In this document: positions 1 through 9,395 of the stretch, piece by piece
Layout of the letters: each line of letters begins with the position of its first letter
Numbering within the stretch: position 1 is the stretch's first letter
IMG/VR virus record: IMGVR_UViG_3300018080_000001
Location: 32,001-96,000 of that record
Reading direction: 5' to 3' (one strand)
Length of the DNA: 64,000 nucleotides
From: a virus
The notes under the pieces: generated by a model
Database searches by the model: none
What the model was told of the DNA's origin: nothing
Seen by the model: the letters and a program-made list of their open reading frames with translations, nothing else
Position numbers and translations under genes: made by a program

Positions 1-1026
1 ATTAAAGGCTTCTAACTTACCTTTTATAATATTACATTCAGAGGATAAAGATTCTAACTTTTTATTTATAGCATTCAATTTTTTATCATCCACGTTTATC
101 CTACAATTATAAACAGCGGATAGCTCTAATTTCAACCTATTTATTTCCTTATTCACATTTATAAATTCTGAGGAATTAGAAAGAGTCTGAAGATCCTTTT
201 CTAAAATTTCTACCTCTTTACAAAGAAGATCCCTGTTATTAATTTCCTTATCCAAATCTTTGCTCAAACTCGCTATTCTCGACTCATGCTTTACAATAGA
301 TTCATGCCAATTGACAGAATCTAACTCTTTAAAATTATTTAAAATAACATTCAATTCGCCTTCCTTAAAGGAAATTGATTTATCTTTACTCTCTATATCC
401 GATTTTAAATAATTCCTTTTCTTCCTAAAAATATCTAATACTTTATCCCACTTATCGACTCCAGTTATACCCGATAAAATATCGATCTTATCTTTATTTG
501 TACCGCGCAAAAATTTATTAGAAACTCTTGGAGACATATAAGATAAAGCTAGAAATCTTTCATATGTAATACCTAATATATCAATTACTTTAGTTCTAGT
601 ATCCTTTATACTGGATTCTCTCTCATCTATCCAGCCTCCATCATATCTATCTAAAAATAAAGCAGGCCCTTTACTCTTATAAGAAATATTATTATTGTTA
701 TCCACTGGATAATATTCCTCATTCCAACCGCGAACATAAGTAATACGGTAATGAATATTAGATATTATAAATTCTACACGAGCGCAACATCCATTACCCC
801 AAACTACGTTTAAAGCACCGGAACCATTCGCACCCGAAGGATTCTCTCCGAATAAAACTTCACAAAGAGCGTTAAATAAAGAAGATTTTCCCGCAGCATT
901 GGAACAACCATCTTTATCTTCGTTTATCCCAACTAAATGAACAATTTTATTATCGGGGAATACTATATTATTTGTTCTAGAATAAGAAAATAAACCAGTA
1001 GGGTTTATGTACTTTATATAAAGCAC
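1..1026 (-). CDS. SbcC/Rad50-like (gp46-like) recombination ATPase, 3' end runs off the window
   Basis: Not in the ORF track; translated by hand. GTG start overlaps the upstream TAG (TAGTG). Reads MLYIKYINPTGLFSY...VHLVGINEDKDGCSNAAGKSSLFNALCEVLFG (Walker A), followed by coiled coil. Lies just downstream of the Mre11-like gene. Confidence 0.85.
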   Translation of the reverse strand, partial: MLYIKYINPTGLFSYSRTNNIVFPDNKIVHLVGINEDKDGCSNAAGKSSLFNALCEVLFGENPSGANGSGALNVVWGNGCCARVEFIISNIHYRITYVRGWNEEYYPVDNNNNISYKSKGPALFLDRYDGGWIDERESSIKDTRTKVIDILGITYERFLALSYMSPRVSNKFLRGTNKDKIDILSGITGVDKWDKVLDIFRKKRNYLKSDIESKDKSISFKEGELNVILNNFKELDSVNWHESIVKHESRIASLSKDLDKEINNRDLLCKEVEILEKDLQTLSNSSEFINVNKEINRLKLELSAVYNCRINVDDKKLNAINKKLESLSSECNIIKGKLEAFN

Positions 1027-1211
1027 TAAAAACCCTCTCTATCTAAATAATTCCATCTATGATTATTATCTTTCCTGTCATTCTTTACTAAATTTCCTCC
1101 ACAGATACACTTCCTATCCAATGTTTCAGGCTTTACTTCGGTATCACTAGTAAAAAGTTCTTCATCCTTTGTGCCGCATTTATCGCAGACATAACCTACC
1201 ATTCTAGCCAT
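1026..1211 (-). CDS. Small zinc-ribbon protein (FmdB-like)
   Basis: YxCxxCG...CxCGG pattern; coupled to both neighbouring genes. Confidence 0.6.
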   Translation of the reverse strand: MARMVGYVCDKCGTKDEELFTSDTEVKPETLDRKCICGGNLVKNDRKDNNHRWNYLDREGF

Positions 1212-2319
1212 TTTCTAACTCCTTTACTACCCCCACTACTTTTTCTTTTACTTTACCCTTCATTTCCTCTGTGATATTAGAAAAACCGCTTTCCAAATAC
1301 AAATGAAGGTCTTCAATAAAATTAGAAGATTCACCTATATTAATAACAACAGCATCTTGTTCAACTTTATATTTTTTAGCTATATTTATTTTGCGTGCAT
1401 TATAAAAAGTTTCATAATTCAACCATCTTTTATCCGCTGCAATTCTATCTACATCACTTTTAGACCCCACTAAAGCAATCTCCACATACTGATCAGTTAT
1501 TAAGGATTCGTCCAAATGTAAACCTTCAAATCTTGAAGTTGCGTCTACTTCAAATTCTATCTTAGAAAAAAAGTTACGAGTTGGTACAAATTTTTTATCT
1601 ATGTGCCATTGTCCATTTACTAAAGTAGCCTCTATATCCAACCAACCACGGGCATCATTAGCATCTGCCATAGTACGTTGAATAACAGATCCTACATAGC
1701 CGCCTTGAGTATTTTTAAAAGATATCATTTGCGGAATGTGAATATCACCACCAAAAACCATATTAAATTCAGGAATATCAATAGAACTTCTCTCCATTCC
1801 GAAATCTGCTGTATAAGAACCACCATCAAGATAAGACCCATACAAAATATCGTGGAATATAAATATCTCAAACTTACCTGTATTCCACCCATACCCTTCT
1901 GGGTCAAAATAACAACCCGCTGGCAAAGCTTGTATAATCATATATTCTGAGGGATAAGATCCTGGCTTATCCATAATAATAATATTAGGAATTCCTAATA
2001 AAGATTCTGAAGTATGCCAGCTTTTATTATTCTTTGTCCAATCATGATTACCAATCAATCTATAATTAGGGCAATTCTCAAGTAGTCCCTCACCCCATGC
2101 ACGTAGTAGTACTCTGTCCGCCCTTGTTTTTATTTCATCTTCTGGATCTCTTTTCAAAAATCTATCACCACAAAAAATAGTAAAATCCATATTATTTTCT
2201 ACAGCATGGGATAAAACTCTAGACTCCGCACTCTCGCAATCTTCTGTAGTAATACAACCAGCACCCAATCTGTCATAGTGTATATCAGAATACACAAGAA
2301 ATTTTATGCGGTCTTTCAT
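1204..2319 (-). CDS. SbcD/Mre11-like metallophosphoesterase nuclease
   Basis: SDIH, GDRF, GNHD, FH and GDIH metallophosphoesterase motifs; upstream of the SbcC-like gene. Confidence 0.85.
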   Translation of the reverse strand: MKDRIKFLVYSDIHYDRLGAGCITTEDCESAESRVLSHAVENNMDFTIFCGDRFLKRDPEDEIKTRADRVLLRAWGEGLLENCPNYRLIGNHDWTKNNKSWHTSESLLGIPNIIIMDKPGSYPSEYMIIQALPAGCYFDPEGYGWNTGKFEIFIFHDILYGSYLDGGSYTADFGMERSSIDIPEFNMVFGGDIHIPQMISFKNTQGGYVGSVIQRTMADANDARGWLDIEATLVNGQWHIDKKFVPTRNFFSKIEFEVDATSRFEGLHLDESLITDQYVEIALVGSKSDVDRIAADKRWLNYETFYNARKINIAKKYKVEQDAVVINIGESSNFIEDLHLYLESGFSNITEEMKGKVKEKVVGVVKELENG

Positions 2320-2588
2320 GCTTCAATATCCGTATTCACAGATTCAGAATTTATTACGGAAATAAACGTAACAATAAAAGAAAATCTATCGTTTATAAAT
2401 TTTTTCAAACCTTTTATCATAGTAAGCTCTGATACACCCTCAATAGCAAGGGGAGAAGTTTTCAAATACCGTATAACTATATATTCTGCTAAAATATTTA
2501 AATCTTCGGCCAAAAATTTATCATCTATTTTACCTGTAAAACTATCTATAATAATGGCTAATAATTTTTGCTCCAGTTTAAGATCCAT
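2316..2588 (-). CDS. Hypothetical protein (probable start MDLKLEQ)
   Basis: Fills the gap between RecA and SbcD with overlapping start/stop codons. Confidence 0.55.
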   Translation of the reverse strand: MDLKLEQKLLAIIIDSFTGKIDDKFLAEDLNILAEYIVIRYLKTSPLAIEGVSELTMIKGLKKFINDRFSFIVTFISVINSESVNTDIEA

Positions 2589-3573
2589 AAGCGTCAATAA
2601 CCTCTTTTTCCAAGGCTGACAAGCATTCTTCATTAGAATTAAAATAAGCCCACGTATTATTCATCCCCTGTCCTATCTTTTCATCCCTCCAAGAAAACCA
2701 AGATCCTGATTTCTTTACTATGTCCTTACCCAAAGCTAATTTTATTAAGTCTAAAGATCTGGGAACACCTAAACCAAATCTAAGCTCTGTTTTCCTCTTT
2801 CTGAATGGGGGAAATATTTTATTCTTAGTAACATGGTACTCTACTTCATTACCAACAATTTGATCTTCCCCGTCAATCTTCGCCTTTATCTTCAGTACTC
2901 TCTTAACCTCCACCCGCTGTGTAGCGTAGAATTTTAGAGCCTTTCCCCCTGTCGTAGTCTTAGCCCCCATTATTTGATTTCTTTCCTGATTCACAAATAT
3001 AAGTATCACACCGCTCTTGCTTATAGCTCCAGCCAACTTACGCATAGCCTTACTCATCATACGAGCATGCTCTGCTACTTTCTGGTCAGATATTTCTCCA
3101 TCCAGTTCCGATTGCGGTATTAGAGCAGCTACACTATCAACTACAATTATATCACCGGCATTCATTACAGAAGACAGGTCTATAACGGTGTCTAAACCAT
3201 TTTCCCCGCTATCAGGTTGCTGAATTAAAAGATTATCAATATCTACACCAATATTTTTAGCATATACAACGTCCAAAGCATGTTCTGCATCCACAAATGC
3301 CGCAATACCACCATTTTGTTGAGCCGCGATTATGGCGTGAAGGGTTGTAGTTGTCTTACCACCCCCTTCAGCACCATAAATCTCAATTATCCTCCCATGA
3401 GGATAACCTTTTCCAATTACCCCTGTAAGGACTAAGTCCAAAGACGATATTCCACTTGATATCGTTGGTACTTCATGCACAGAAGTACCAGACATCAACA
3501 TTATATTATCAACACCCTTCTTCTGAAGCTCTTTTAATACTTCAGTAGCCCTTATTTTTCTTTCTTCTGACAA
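2578..3573 (-). CDS. recA: RecA-family recombinase
   Basis: GRIIEIYGAEGGGKTT Walker A, FVDAEHALD, IVVDSVAAL Walker B, ARMMSKAMRKL, TTGGKALKFYA, KNK, GSWFS. Confidence 0.95.
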   Translation of the reverse strand: MSEERKIRATEVLKELQKKGVDNIMLMSGTSVHEVPTISSGISSLDLVLTGVIGKGYPHGRIIEIYGAEGGGKTTTTLHAIIAAQQNGGIAAFVDAEHALDVVYAKNIGVDIDNLLIQQPDSGENGLDTVIDLSSVMNAGDIIVVDSVAALIPQSELDGEISDQKVAEHARMMSKAMRKLAGAISKSGVILIFVNQERNQIMGAKTTTGGKALKFYATQRVEVKRVLKIKAKIDGEDQIVGNEVEYHVTKNKIFPPFRKRKTELRFGLGVPRSLDLIKLALGKDIVKKSGSWFSWRDEKIGQGMNNTWAYFNSNEECLSALEKEVIDAYGS

Positions 3574-3586
3574 TGTAGACTCCTAA

Positions 3587-4903
3587 TTAATCCCAAGATC
3601 GTCTTCCTTGTACCGGAGAATTATCAGGAGGATTTCTATCTGGTGTAGGGGGTACGGACGCTGCTTCTGTCTGCGGTTGCGGCGGCACAGGCTTTGGTAC
3701 GTCTCCACCAATAGGAGCAGGCATAGGTGCATTCTGCGTAGTCTGAGGAACAAAATTCGTGGGTGGAGCAGGAACAGGGGCAGAAGCTGCCGGATTAGTG
3801 GGTACAGAACCCTGTACAGGATCAGGCGCTGGAGAACTATTTGAAGCAGAAGATTGAGCAGGCGGCATATTCATTGAAGGAGCCGGTTGACTAGACGGTT
3901 GAGTTGTAGACTGCGGAGTGTTAGAATGTGTGGTCTTTTCTTCACTAACGCCTAAATAATATTGCATCTCAGACTTACTGGCCAACTGGATAAACTTAGA
4001 CGGATCTGACATAGCTTCTACATTGCTAATATAATCCAGCCATTGCTTATCAATACTAACCTTATTCCCGGATACTACAGTATACGCAGTTTTAATCATA
4101 TCATTACCAACACACTTTGTAGTATCTTTCTTAATCGTGACAATCATTACTTCCGGGTTTTCTGTATCATAGAACTCAACCCCATTCTCATGTATTGCAT
4201 ATAAACCATCAAAAACAGACTTAGGCGCAATCCAAAACTGATGTTGAACAAATTCCTGACCATCATCCATTTTTCTATTTCCGATCATCTTATCATAATC
4301 AAAAATAGGTATAATATAACGTTCAGTAGCTTTATAATCACGTGCAGTTTTTCTCGTGGTCTTTAGCAACTTATCACCGTCTACAAGAGCCCGATAAGAT
4401 TCCGTGTCCAAAGACTTTTTCCTATCTTCATCATATCCCAACTCTTCAAGTCGAGAATTAAATACGTCCCAAAGCTCTTGTTCCCTATTACAAAATTCGC
4501 AATGATCCGTTTCAAACAATTTATCATATTCAAGAACACCTCTAAGATAATAATTCATCTTATTGGGACAAAATACGTACGAAAATCCGATTGTTCCATC
4601 AGCACGCTGAAAATTAGGAACTCTGTGTACAATAACCTTAAAATAAAAAGTGTATAAATCCTCGGGTATCGCTATGAGACCACCATTATTATCCACTAAA
4701 CCGTAACGCTGTACCATTTCCTGATCAGGATTAAATAACTTCCAATTTGCAGGACGCAACAAGGGTATAATAACTTTGTTACTATGTACTGCACCAGCTT
4801 TATCCGGCAAAGGTCTCCAAATCTCGGGAACAGCATCAAAAGAAGATCCGCCCCCCTTTTCTTTACTCTTCTCTTTCTTTATTGGCATATTAAACTTTGA
4901 CAT
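3587..4903 (-). CDS. Putative single-stranded DNA-binding protein (gp32-like) with a Pro-rich C-terminal tail
   Basis: Lies between a UvsY-like gene and recA. Has H...CP...CxFC zinc ligands, 'RYIIPIFD', 'TIKKD..TAYTV' and a disordered tail. The fold is inferred, not verified. Confidence 0.55.
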   Translation of the reverse strand: MSKFNMPIKKEKSKEKGGGSSFDAVPEIWRPLPDKAGAVHSNKVIIPLLRPANWKLFNPDQEMVQRYGLVDNNGGLIAIPEDLYTFYFKVIVHRVPNFQRADGTIGFSYVFCPNKMNYYLRGVLEYDKLFETDHCEFCNREQELWDVFNSRLEELGYDEDRKKSLDTESYRALVDGDKLLKTTRKTARDYKATERYIIPIFDYDKMIGNRKMDDGQEFVQHQFWIAPKSVFDGLYAIHENGVEFYDTENPEVMIVTIKKDTTKCVGNDMIKTAYTVVSGNKVSIDKQWLDYISNVEAMSDPSKFIQLASKSEMQYYLGVSEEKTTHSNTPQSTTQPSSQPAPSMNMPPAQSSASNSSPAPDPVQGSVPTNPAASAPVPAPPTNFVPQTTQNAPMPAPIGGDVPKPVPPQPQTEAASVPPTPDRNPPDNSPVQGRRSWD

Positions 4904-4905
4904 TT

Positions 4906-5553
4906 CTAACCCTTTCCTGAGAGTCTATCCATCAGCTCTCGTTCACTTTTTGGTTCGATGTTATATTTCTTAGCCTTAATTAAATCCAAATATTCTTTCA
5001 TATGAAAAGACCGTGAATTTAATCTATCTGCAAAAACCTGTACTAACTTAGAGTCTTCTTCCAATTTATTTTGTGTCCGCACTACGTATTCAAAATACCA
5101 AATTGGATCTAAAGAGATCCATAGCATCATATCTTTTTTAAATTGGTCTTTACTAACTTCTATATTCTTTCCTTTTTTATATGCTTCCCACGCTAAATCT
5201 ACATAACTAATTATTTTTTCTTTAGCATCTTCAGAATAAACTAACACCGTCATGTCGTTTATAGCATTTACAGTAGGGCTTTTTTCTCCCTGTGCTTTCA
5301 AAATTAATTTTGCGTAAATCCTATTATGCGCCCACCACTTTTTTACTATCTCAGCTTCAAAAGCTTCGGATTTCTTCTTCAACTTAATAGCGAGTGCTTC
5401 CCAATAAGCCTGATGTCCTGCATGGGTTTGTAAAAGTTCCTCTATCATAGTTTCATTAAAACTCAAATGTTTTAATACATCCGTTTCCTCTACAAACTCA
5501 TCCAACTTTATAGAAACATTATTCGGGGATACCGATATTCTAAAATCTGGCAT
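4906..5553 (-). CDS. Putative UvsY-like recombination mediator (helical)
   Basis: All-helical, with an 'L.FNE..IEE.LQ.HAG..AYW..L' N-terminus; upstream of the SSB-like gene and recA. Confidence 0.4.
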   Translation of the reverse strand: MPDFRISVSPNNVSIKLDEFVEETDVLKHLSFNETMIEELLQTHAGHQAYWEALAIKLKKKSEAFEAEIVKKWWAHNRIYAKLILKAQGEKSPTVNAINDMTVLVYSEDAKEKIISYVDLAWEAYKKGKNIEVSKDQFKKDMMLWISLDPIWYFEYVVRTQNKLEEDSKLVQVFADRLNSRSFHMKEYLDLIKAKKYNIEPKSERELMDRLSGKG

Positions 5554-6056
5554 TAATCACTTGATTCATCTAGTATTTCTGAAGAAAAAGAACCACTTGC
5601 CCACCTAATACCATAAATAGAAAGAATTGGGGCAAAGTCTTTTATATTATGACGCTCGATTCCCTCCATATTCTGCTTTATATGCATTAATTCATGATGT
5701 ATAATACCCCGCTCTAACATTTTTATATCACCACCAGTTAATTGCAAATTATCTTCATGTATCGCAATTATATAAGATACATCTAAAAATTTAGTGTATT
5801 CAACATCCGTATCCGCTGGAATATAGTCTTTCAAATAATCAAATACAAAATGAGAAATAATAGTATAAGGGTCTTTTACATAATAGCACTTACCCAACCA
5901 ATCAGCTTTTCTTCCTCCTACGGTCCTTACGAATATAACGTGCCGCAGGTCTATGTGACCCAGGCTTTCCGTATATTCTGTCACCAACTCCGCTGCCACC
6001 TCTTTCAGACTTTCGTCTAGCTCCCAAACTGATCCGTTCTGTCCTGAAATTTCCAT
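5553..6056 (-). CDS. Putative phage metallopeptidase
   Basis: HELMH (HEXXH) followed by H-N-I-K-D-F...YG, as in phage metallopeptidase-domain proteins. Confidence 0.7.
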   Translation of the reverse strand: MEISGQNGSVWELDESLKEVAAELVTEYTESLGHIDLRHVIFVRTVGGRKADWLGKCYYVKDPYTIISHFVFDYLKDYIPADTDVEYTKFLDVSYIIAIHEDNLQLTGGDIKMLERGIIHHELMHIKQNMEGIERHNIKDFAPILSIYGIRWASGSFSSEILDESSD

Positions 6057-6339
6057 CTACAACTCCAATAGTTTCTAAACCTTCTGGTTTTATTATCTTC
6101 TTTTTAGGTTTATATATAGATATCTCTTCTACCTTAATATGTTCTTCCCACCCAGGTTCATCCCAAAATGGGGTAAATATATTAATGGATAAAGCACTAC
6201 CCTTTTTGTAACCGCCGCACCAACCACAGTATAATTCATAGTAATGCTTATATTCATTTACCCAAATAATCTTTCTAGGTCGTAAATACTTACCGCAAAG
6301 ATCGCATTTAACCTTACTATCCCATGGATTTAAACACAT
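5902..6339 (-). CDS. Hypothetical zinc-finger protein
   Basis: CDLC...CGWC. The 3' end overlaps the next gene by about 155 nt, so the tail may be non-functional. Confidence 0.5.
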   Translation of the reverse strand: MCLNPWDSKVKCDLCGKYLRPRKIIWVNEYKHYYELYCGWCGGYKKGSALSINIFTPFWDEPGWEEHIKVEEISIYKPKKKIIKPEGLETIGVVDGNFRTERISLGARRKSERGGSGVGDRIYGKPGSHRPAARYIRKDRRRKKS

Positions 6340-7396
6340 TTATGAAATAAACTTCCCACATAATCTTACTATTAGAAGATTCCCGCATCATGTGCTCTAT
6401 ATTCTCCCATTCATTTGAGAATAAAGATACATCCTCTAAGTTAGAAGTTAAATTACGTTTTAAGGAATCGTGACTTATTCCACTTTTATAATATATAGAC
6501 TTAGAATAAGCCCCACTTAAATAAACTGCAAAATCCCTTAATAAATTAGGAATACCTTCTAAAAATAAATATTGAAGATCTACCCCCTCCCTATACCAGC
6601 GTTCTACTTCCTCCAATGAAAACTTTAAATCTTTAGCACATAAAACGGCGGCTAAATCTTTATATCGGTCTACTGATATAATTCCTACAGATTCTTCTAA
6701 ATACGATATATCAAGGTCAGAATTATGTGAAGCAATAATCAACTGTTCTAAAATTTGATAGGTATCCCTTAGAGACCCATCACATCTCGCTGCCAAAGAA
6801 TCCACGAAGGGTGCAGTAAAGTCTTTCTCTTCCCCATCTAGTACACGACGCACACCAATACCTACGTCAACAGGAGAAAGAGCCCTGAGTGGCATAGAGA
6901 GACAGCGAGAACGTACAGTAGCTATAAGTTTATCAGGGTTTGTAGTTACTAGTAAAAATATAGTACTCCGATTAGGCTCTTCTAACGCCTTGAGCAAAGC
7001 ATTTTGCGCGGATTTAGAAAGCATATGACATTCATCCAATATCACCACATTATATTTATATATCGGAACTTGGTTTATAAGAGACTCAATTTTCCTTATA
7101 TCATCCACACTATTATTAGAAGCAGCATCGTATTCCATCACAGATTGATGTTTTTTACTAAAATTAACACACGAAGTACACCCGTTACAAATATCTCCTA
7201 ACTGCATAAAATTATCACAGTTCAGAGCTTTACCATATAATCGGGCTAGAGTGGTTTTTCCAACTCCGCGCATACCGGATAAAAGCATTGATTGAACTCT
7301 ACACATTAAAATAGAATTAATCATTATACGAACAGAAATATTCTGCCCGATAACTTCAGAAAATTTACTTGGGCGATATTTATTTGCGATAGACAC
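6317..7396 (-). CDS. dnaX: DNA polymerase III gamma/tau-like clamp-loader ATPase
   Basis: KYRP..FSEVIGQ, GMRGVGKTT, C...CxxCxxC zinc site, DAASNNSVDDIR, ILDECHMLS, NALLKALEEP, SRC motif, GSLRD. Confidence 0.92.
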   Translation of the reverse strand: MSIANKYRPSKFSEVIGQNISVRIMINSILMCRVQSMLLSGMRGVGKTTLARLYGKALNCDNFMQLGDICNGCTSCVNFSKKHQSVMEYDAASNNSVDDIRKIESLINQVPIYKYNVVILDECHMLSKSAQNALLKALEEPNRSTIFLLVTTNPDKLIATVRSRCLSMPLRALSPVDVGIGVRRVLDGEEKDFTAPFVDSLAARCDGSLRDTYQILEQLIIASHNSDLDISYLEESVGIISVDRYKDLAAVLCAKDLKFSLEEVERWYREGVDLQYLFLEGIPNLLRDFAVYLSGAYSKSIYYKSGISHDSLKRNLTSNLEDVSLFSNEWENIEHMMRESSNSKIMWEVYFINVFKSMG

Positions 7397-7689
7397 TAAA
7401 TTGCCGATATTTTTCTACAAAAAACTTCTTTCTCATCATTAAAATAATAAAAAATAAAGTCTTCAAATCTAAAATTGGAGTTAATAACCTTTATTTTTAT
7501 TTTTTTATCGCCAATTGTTAAAATTCCAATGTTTCCTTTTCGTACTTCTTCAATACTGGTTACTGGATCAATCTCAGGAATAGGAGTCTTTAACAAACTG
7601 GACAACATTTTAGCTTCTATATGTATAACCTCCAATTTATTATTATCTTTAATAATTTTTTTAAAAAAATCCATATCCAACTTTGACAT
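7396..7689 (-). CDS. Hypothetical protein
   Basis: Tightly packed ORF with an RBS. Confidence 0.6.
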   Translation of the reverse strand: MSKLDMDFFKKIIKDNNKLEVIHIEAKMLSSLLKTPIPEIDPVTSIEEVRKGNIGILTIGDKKIKIKVINSNFRFEDFIFYYFNDEKEVFCRKISAI

Positions 7690-7691
7690 TA

Positions 7692-7979
7692 CTACTTCTC
7701 CTTTTTACTTTCTTTTTGCAACTTCCTCATTCTATCCGCTAAAATTTTCCTTTGTTCCTCTGACGGACCACACTCGGACAACAACTGTTCACCCACCCGC
7801 TTAGGGTGATATTTTATCCATTCCAAATCAGGTTGGTTTTCCTCCAACCTAAAAGGCATCCATGTATAAAACGGACAACGACTATTTAAGCAATCCTGCC
7901 TTCCATCAAGATAATAACCCATGCACCTATGACAATGAGCTAAAATTGCATTTTTATAAGTAACTTTTAAATCTTTCAT
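7692..7979 (-). CDS. Hypothetical Cys-rich protein
   Basis: AI.AHCxxCMG...C....CP.Y motif. Confidence 0.6.
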   Translation of the reverse strand: MKDLKVTYKNAILAHCHRCMGYYLDGRQDCLNSRCPFYTWMPFRLEENQPDLEWIKYHPKRVGEQLLSECGPSEEQRKILADRMRKLQKESKKEK

Positions 7980-7994
7980 AAATACAAATCTCCT

Positions 7995-8357
7995 TCAAAA
8001 AGGGATGTCATCTTTATTAGTAGAAACCCCAGGATCTTCACCACACACATTTTCCCAGTCCTTATCAGAAAACGGAAGAGTTTTCCTACAATTTGGAAAA
8101 TCAGTGCAACCCCAAAAAAGATTTCCATTTTCTCTATTAGACAACTTCCTCATGCTACTACCGCATTTAGGACATTTAGGTTCAGATCCATCTGATTTTC
8201 TAGTAATGAACTTAGACGGAGAATAAAAAACGATAACTTGTGCCGATCCTGCTACGCATTTATTAATATAAATATTACCCGCTATATTAAGCCAAGAATT
8301 AAGTTCCGCTTCTAATACTTCAGGTCTAAGAGATAGATTAAAAACTTTAGCTTTCAT
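7995..8357 (-). CDS. Topoisomerase-type C4 zinc-ribbon protein ending in DDIPF
   Basis: CPKCGSSM...GNLFWGCTDFPNCR is the topoisomerase I C4 zinc-ribbon signature. Confidence 0.75.
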   Translation of the reverse strand: MKAKVFNLSLRPEVLEAELNSWLNIAGNIYINKCVAGSAQVIVFYSPSKFITRKSDGSEPKCPKCGSSMRKLSNRENGNLFWGCTDFPNCRKTLPFSDKDWENVCGEDPGVSTNKDDIPF

Positions 8358-8379
8358 ATCTTATCCTCCCAGCAACCTA

Positions 8380-9357
8380 TTATTTATAGTACTTCAAGTC
8401 TATACCCTCTAAATCCACACCATAGAATTCTTTAATAGCTGGTTTAATTCTTGTAATACGGGGTTTACCTTTTCCCGCTTTGTACCTTCTAGAATTCCAA
8501 CCCCAATTAGCATATGCCGTTTTATTTAACCGCCTCCAAACTATATCAAAAAAATCCCAAGGATCGGTAGAAATATTACAAATTCCATTATTAAAATCTT
8601 TGGCAGAAGCCACACCCTTTATCGTAGCTGTACGCCAAGATCCTAAAAATAATTTATAAGCTCCAGCAGGAGAATTCTGCCACAAATTAAAAAATATTCC
8701 GGGCACTGGAGTTTCCCATAAAATCTCTGGTAACAAATTATCTATGGTCTTCACTTTACCCAAAGGTTTTCTCTTATAACCTAGAGACCTTTTAAATTCA
8801 TGCTTCGCAAATTGTATTTGAGCCGCCGCTGCTTCCGGAGAATCCATATCAGCAAATAACTGAGCAAGTCTCATGGCAAACATTTTTTGATCTTTAAAAG
8901 TATTAAAAGATTTACCCAAACAAATATCGTTAATTCTTTTTTTATTTTTAGCAGGGTCCAAAACCGTTGCTCTAGACACATCCACAAACCTACCTGTTCT
9001 AATTTCAAACCCAAATTTTTTAAATAACTGAGTACCACCATTATAACAACAAAGATCATCAAACAGTGTACAAACAGAATCTTCCTTTTCACTTGTAAAA
9101 TCATAATGTGGAATTGATTTAAAAGACTCTAGCATTTTTTGAAGTCTACCGCTAGTAAATGTCCACTGAAGAAAACCCCACGTCACCCCAGTCCCATCAT
9201 ACATAACCACAGTATCATGATTACCTTCGCATCGTGCAACAACACCCATTACTTTAGTCCAAGGACCCCAAGGTTTAGGAGGGTCATATTTATGTTTACC
9301 TCTATATCTAGGACCTTGGTGCTTATCGTTATACTTTACCCATTTTATATTTCCCAT
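8380..9357 (-). CDS. Putative lysozyme-like peptidoglycan hydrolase (endolysin candidate)
   Basis: 'CEGNHDTVVMYDGTGVTWGFLQWT' resembles the E-G-x-x-D..YD...GxxQW lysozyme-fold motif; the protein is basic. Confidence 0.5.
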   Translation of the reverse strand: MGNIKWVKYNDKHQGPRYRGKHKYDPPKPWGPWTKVMGVVARCEGNHDTVVMYDGTGVTWGFLQWTFTSGRLQKMLESFKSIPHYDFTSEKEDSVCTLFDDLCCYNGGTQLFKKFGFEIRTGRFVDVSRATVLDPAKNKKRINDICLGKSFNTFKDQKMFAMRLAQLFADMDSPEAAAAQIQFAKHEFKRSLGYKRKPLGKVKTIDNLLPEILWETPVPGIFFNLWQNSPAGAYKLFLGSWRTATIKGVASAKDFNNGICNISTDPWDFFDIVWRRLNKTAYANWGWNSRRYKAGKGKPRITRIKPAIKEFYGVDLEGIDLKYYK

Positions 9358-9395
9358 TTTAATTCTCCTTTTAATGAAATTACTTTCAAAAAATA

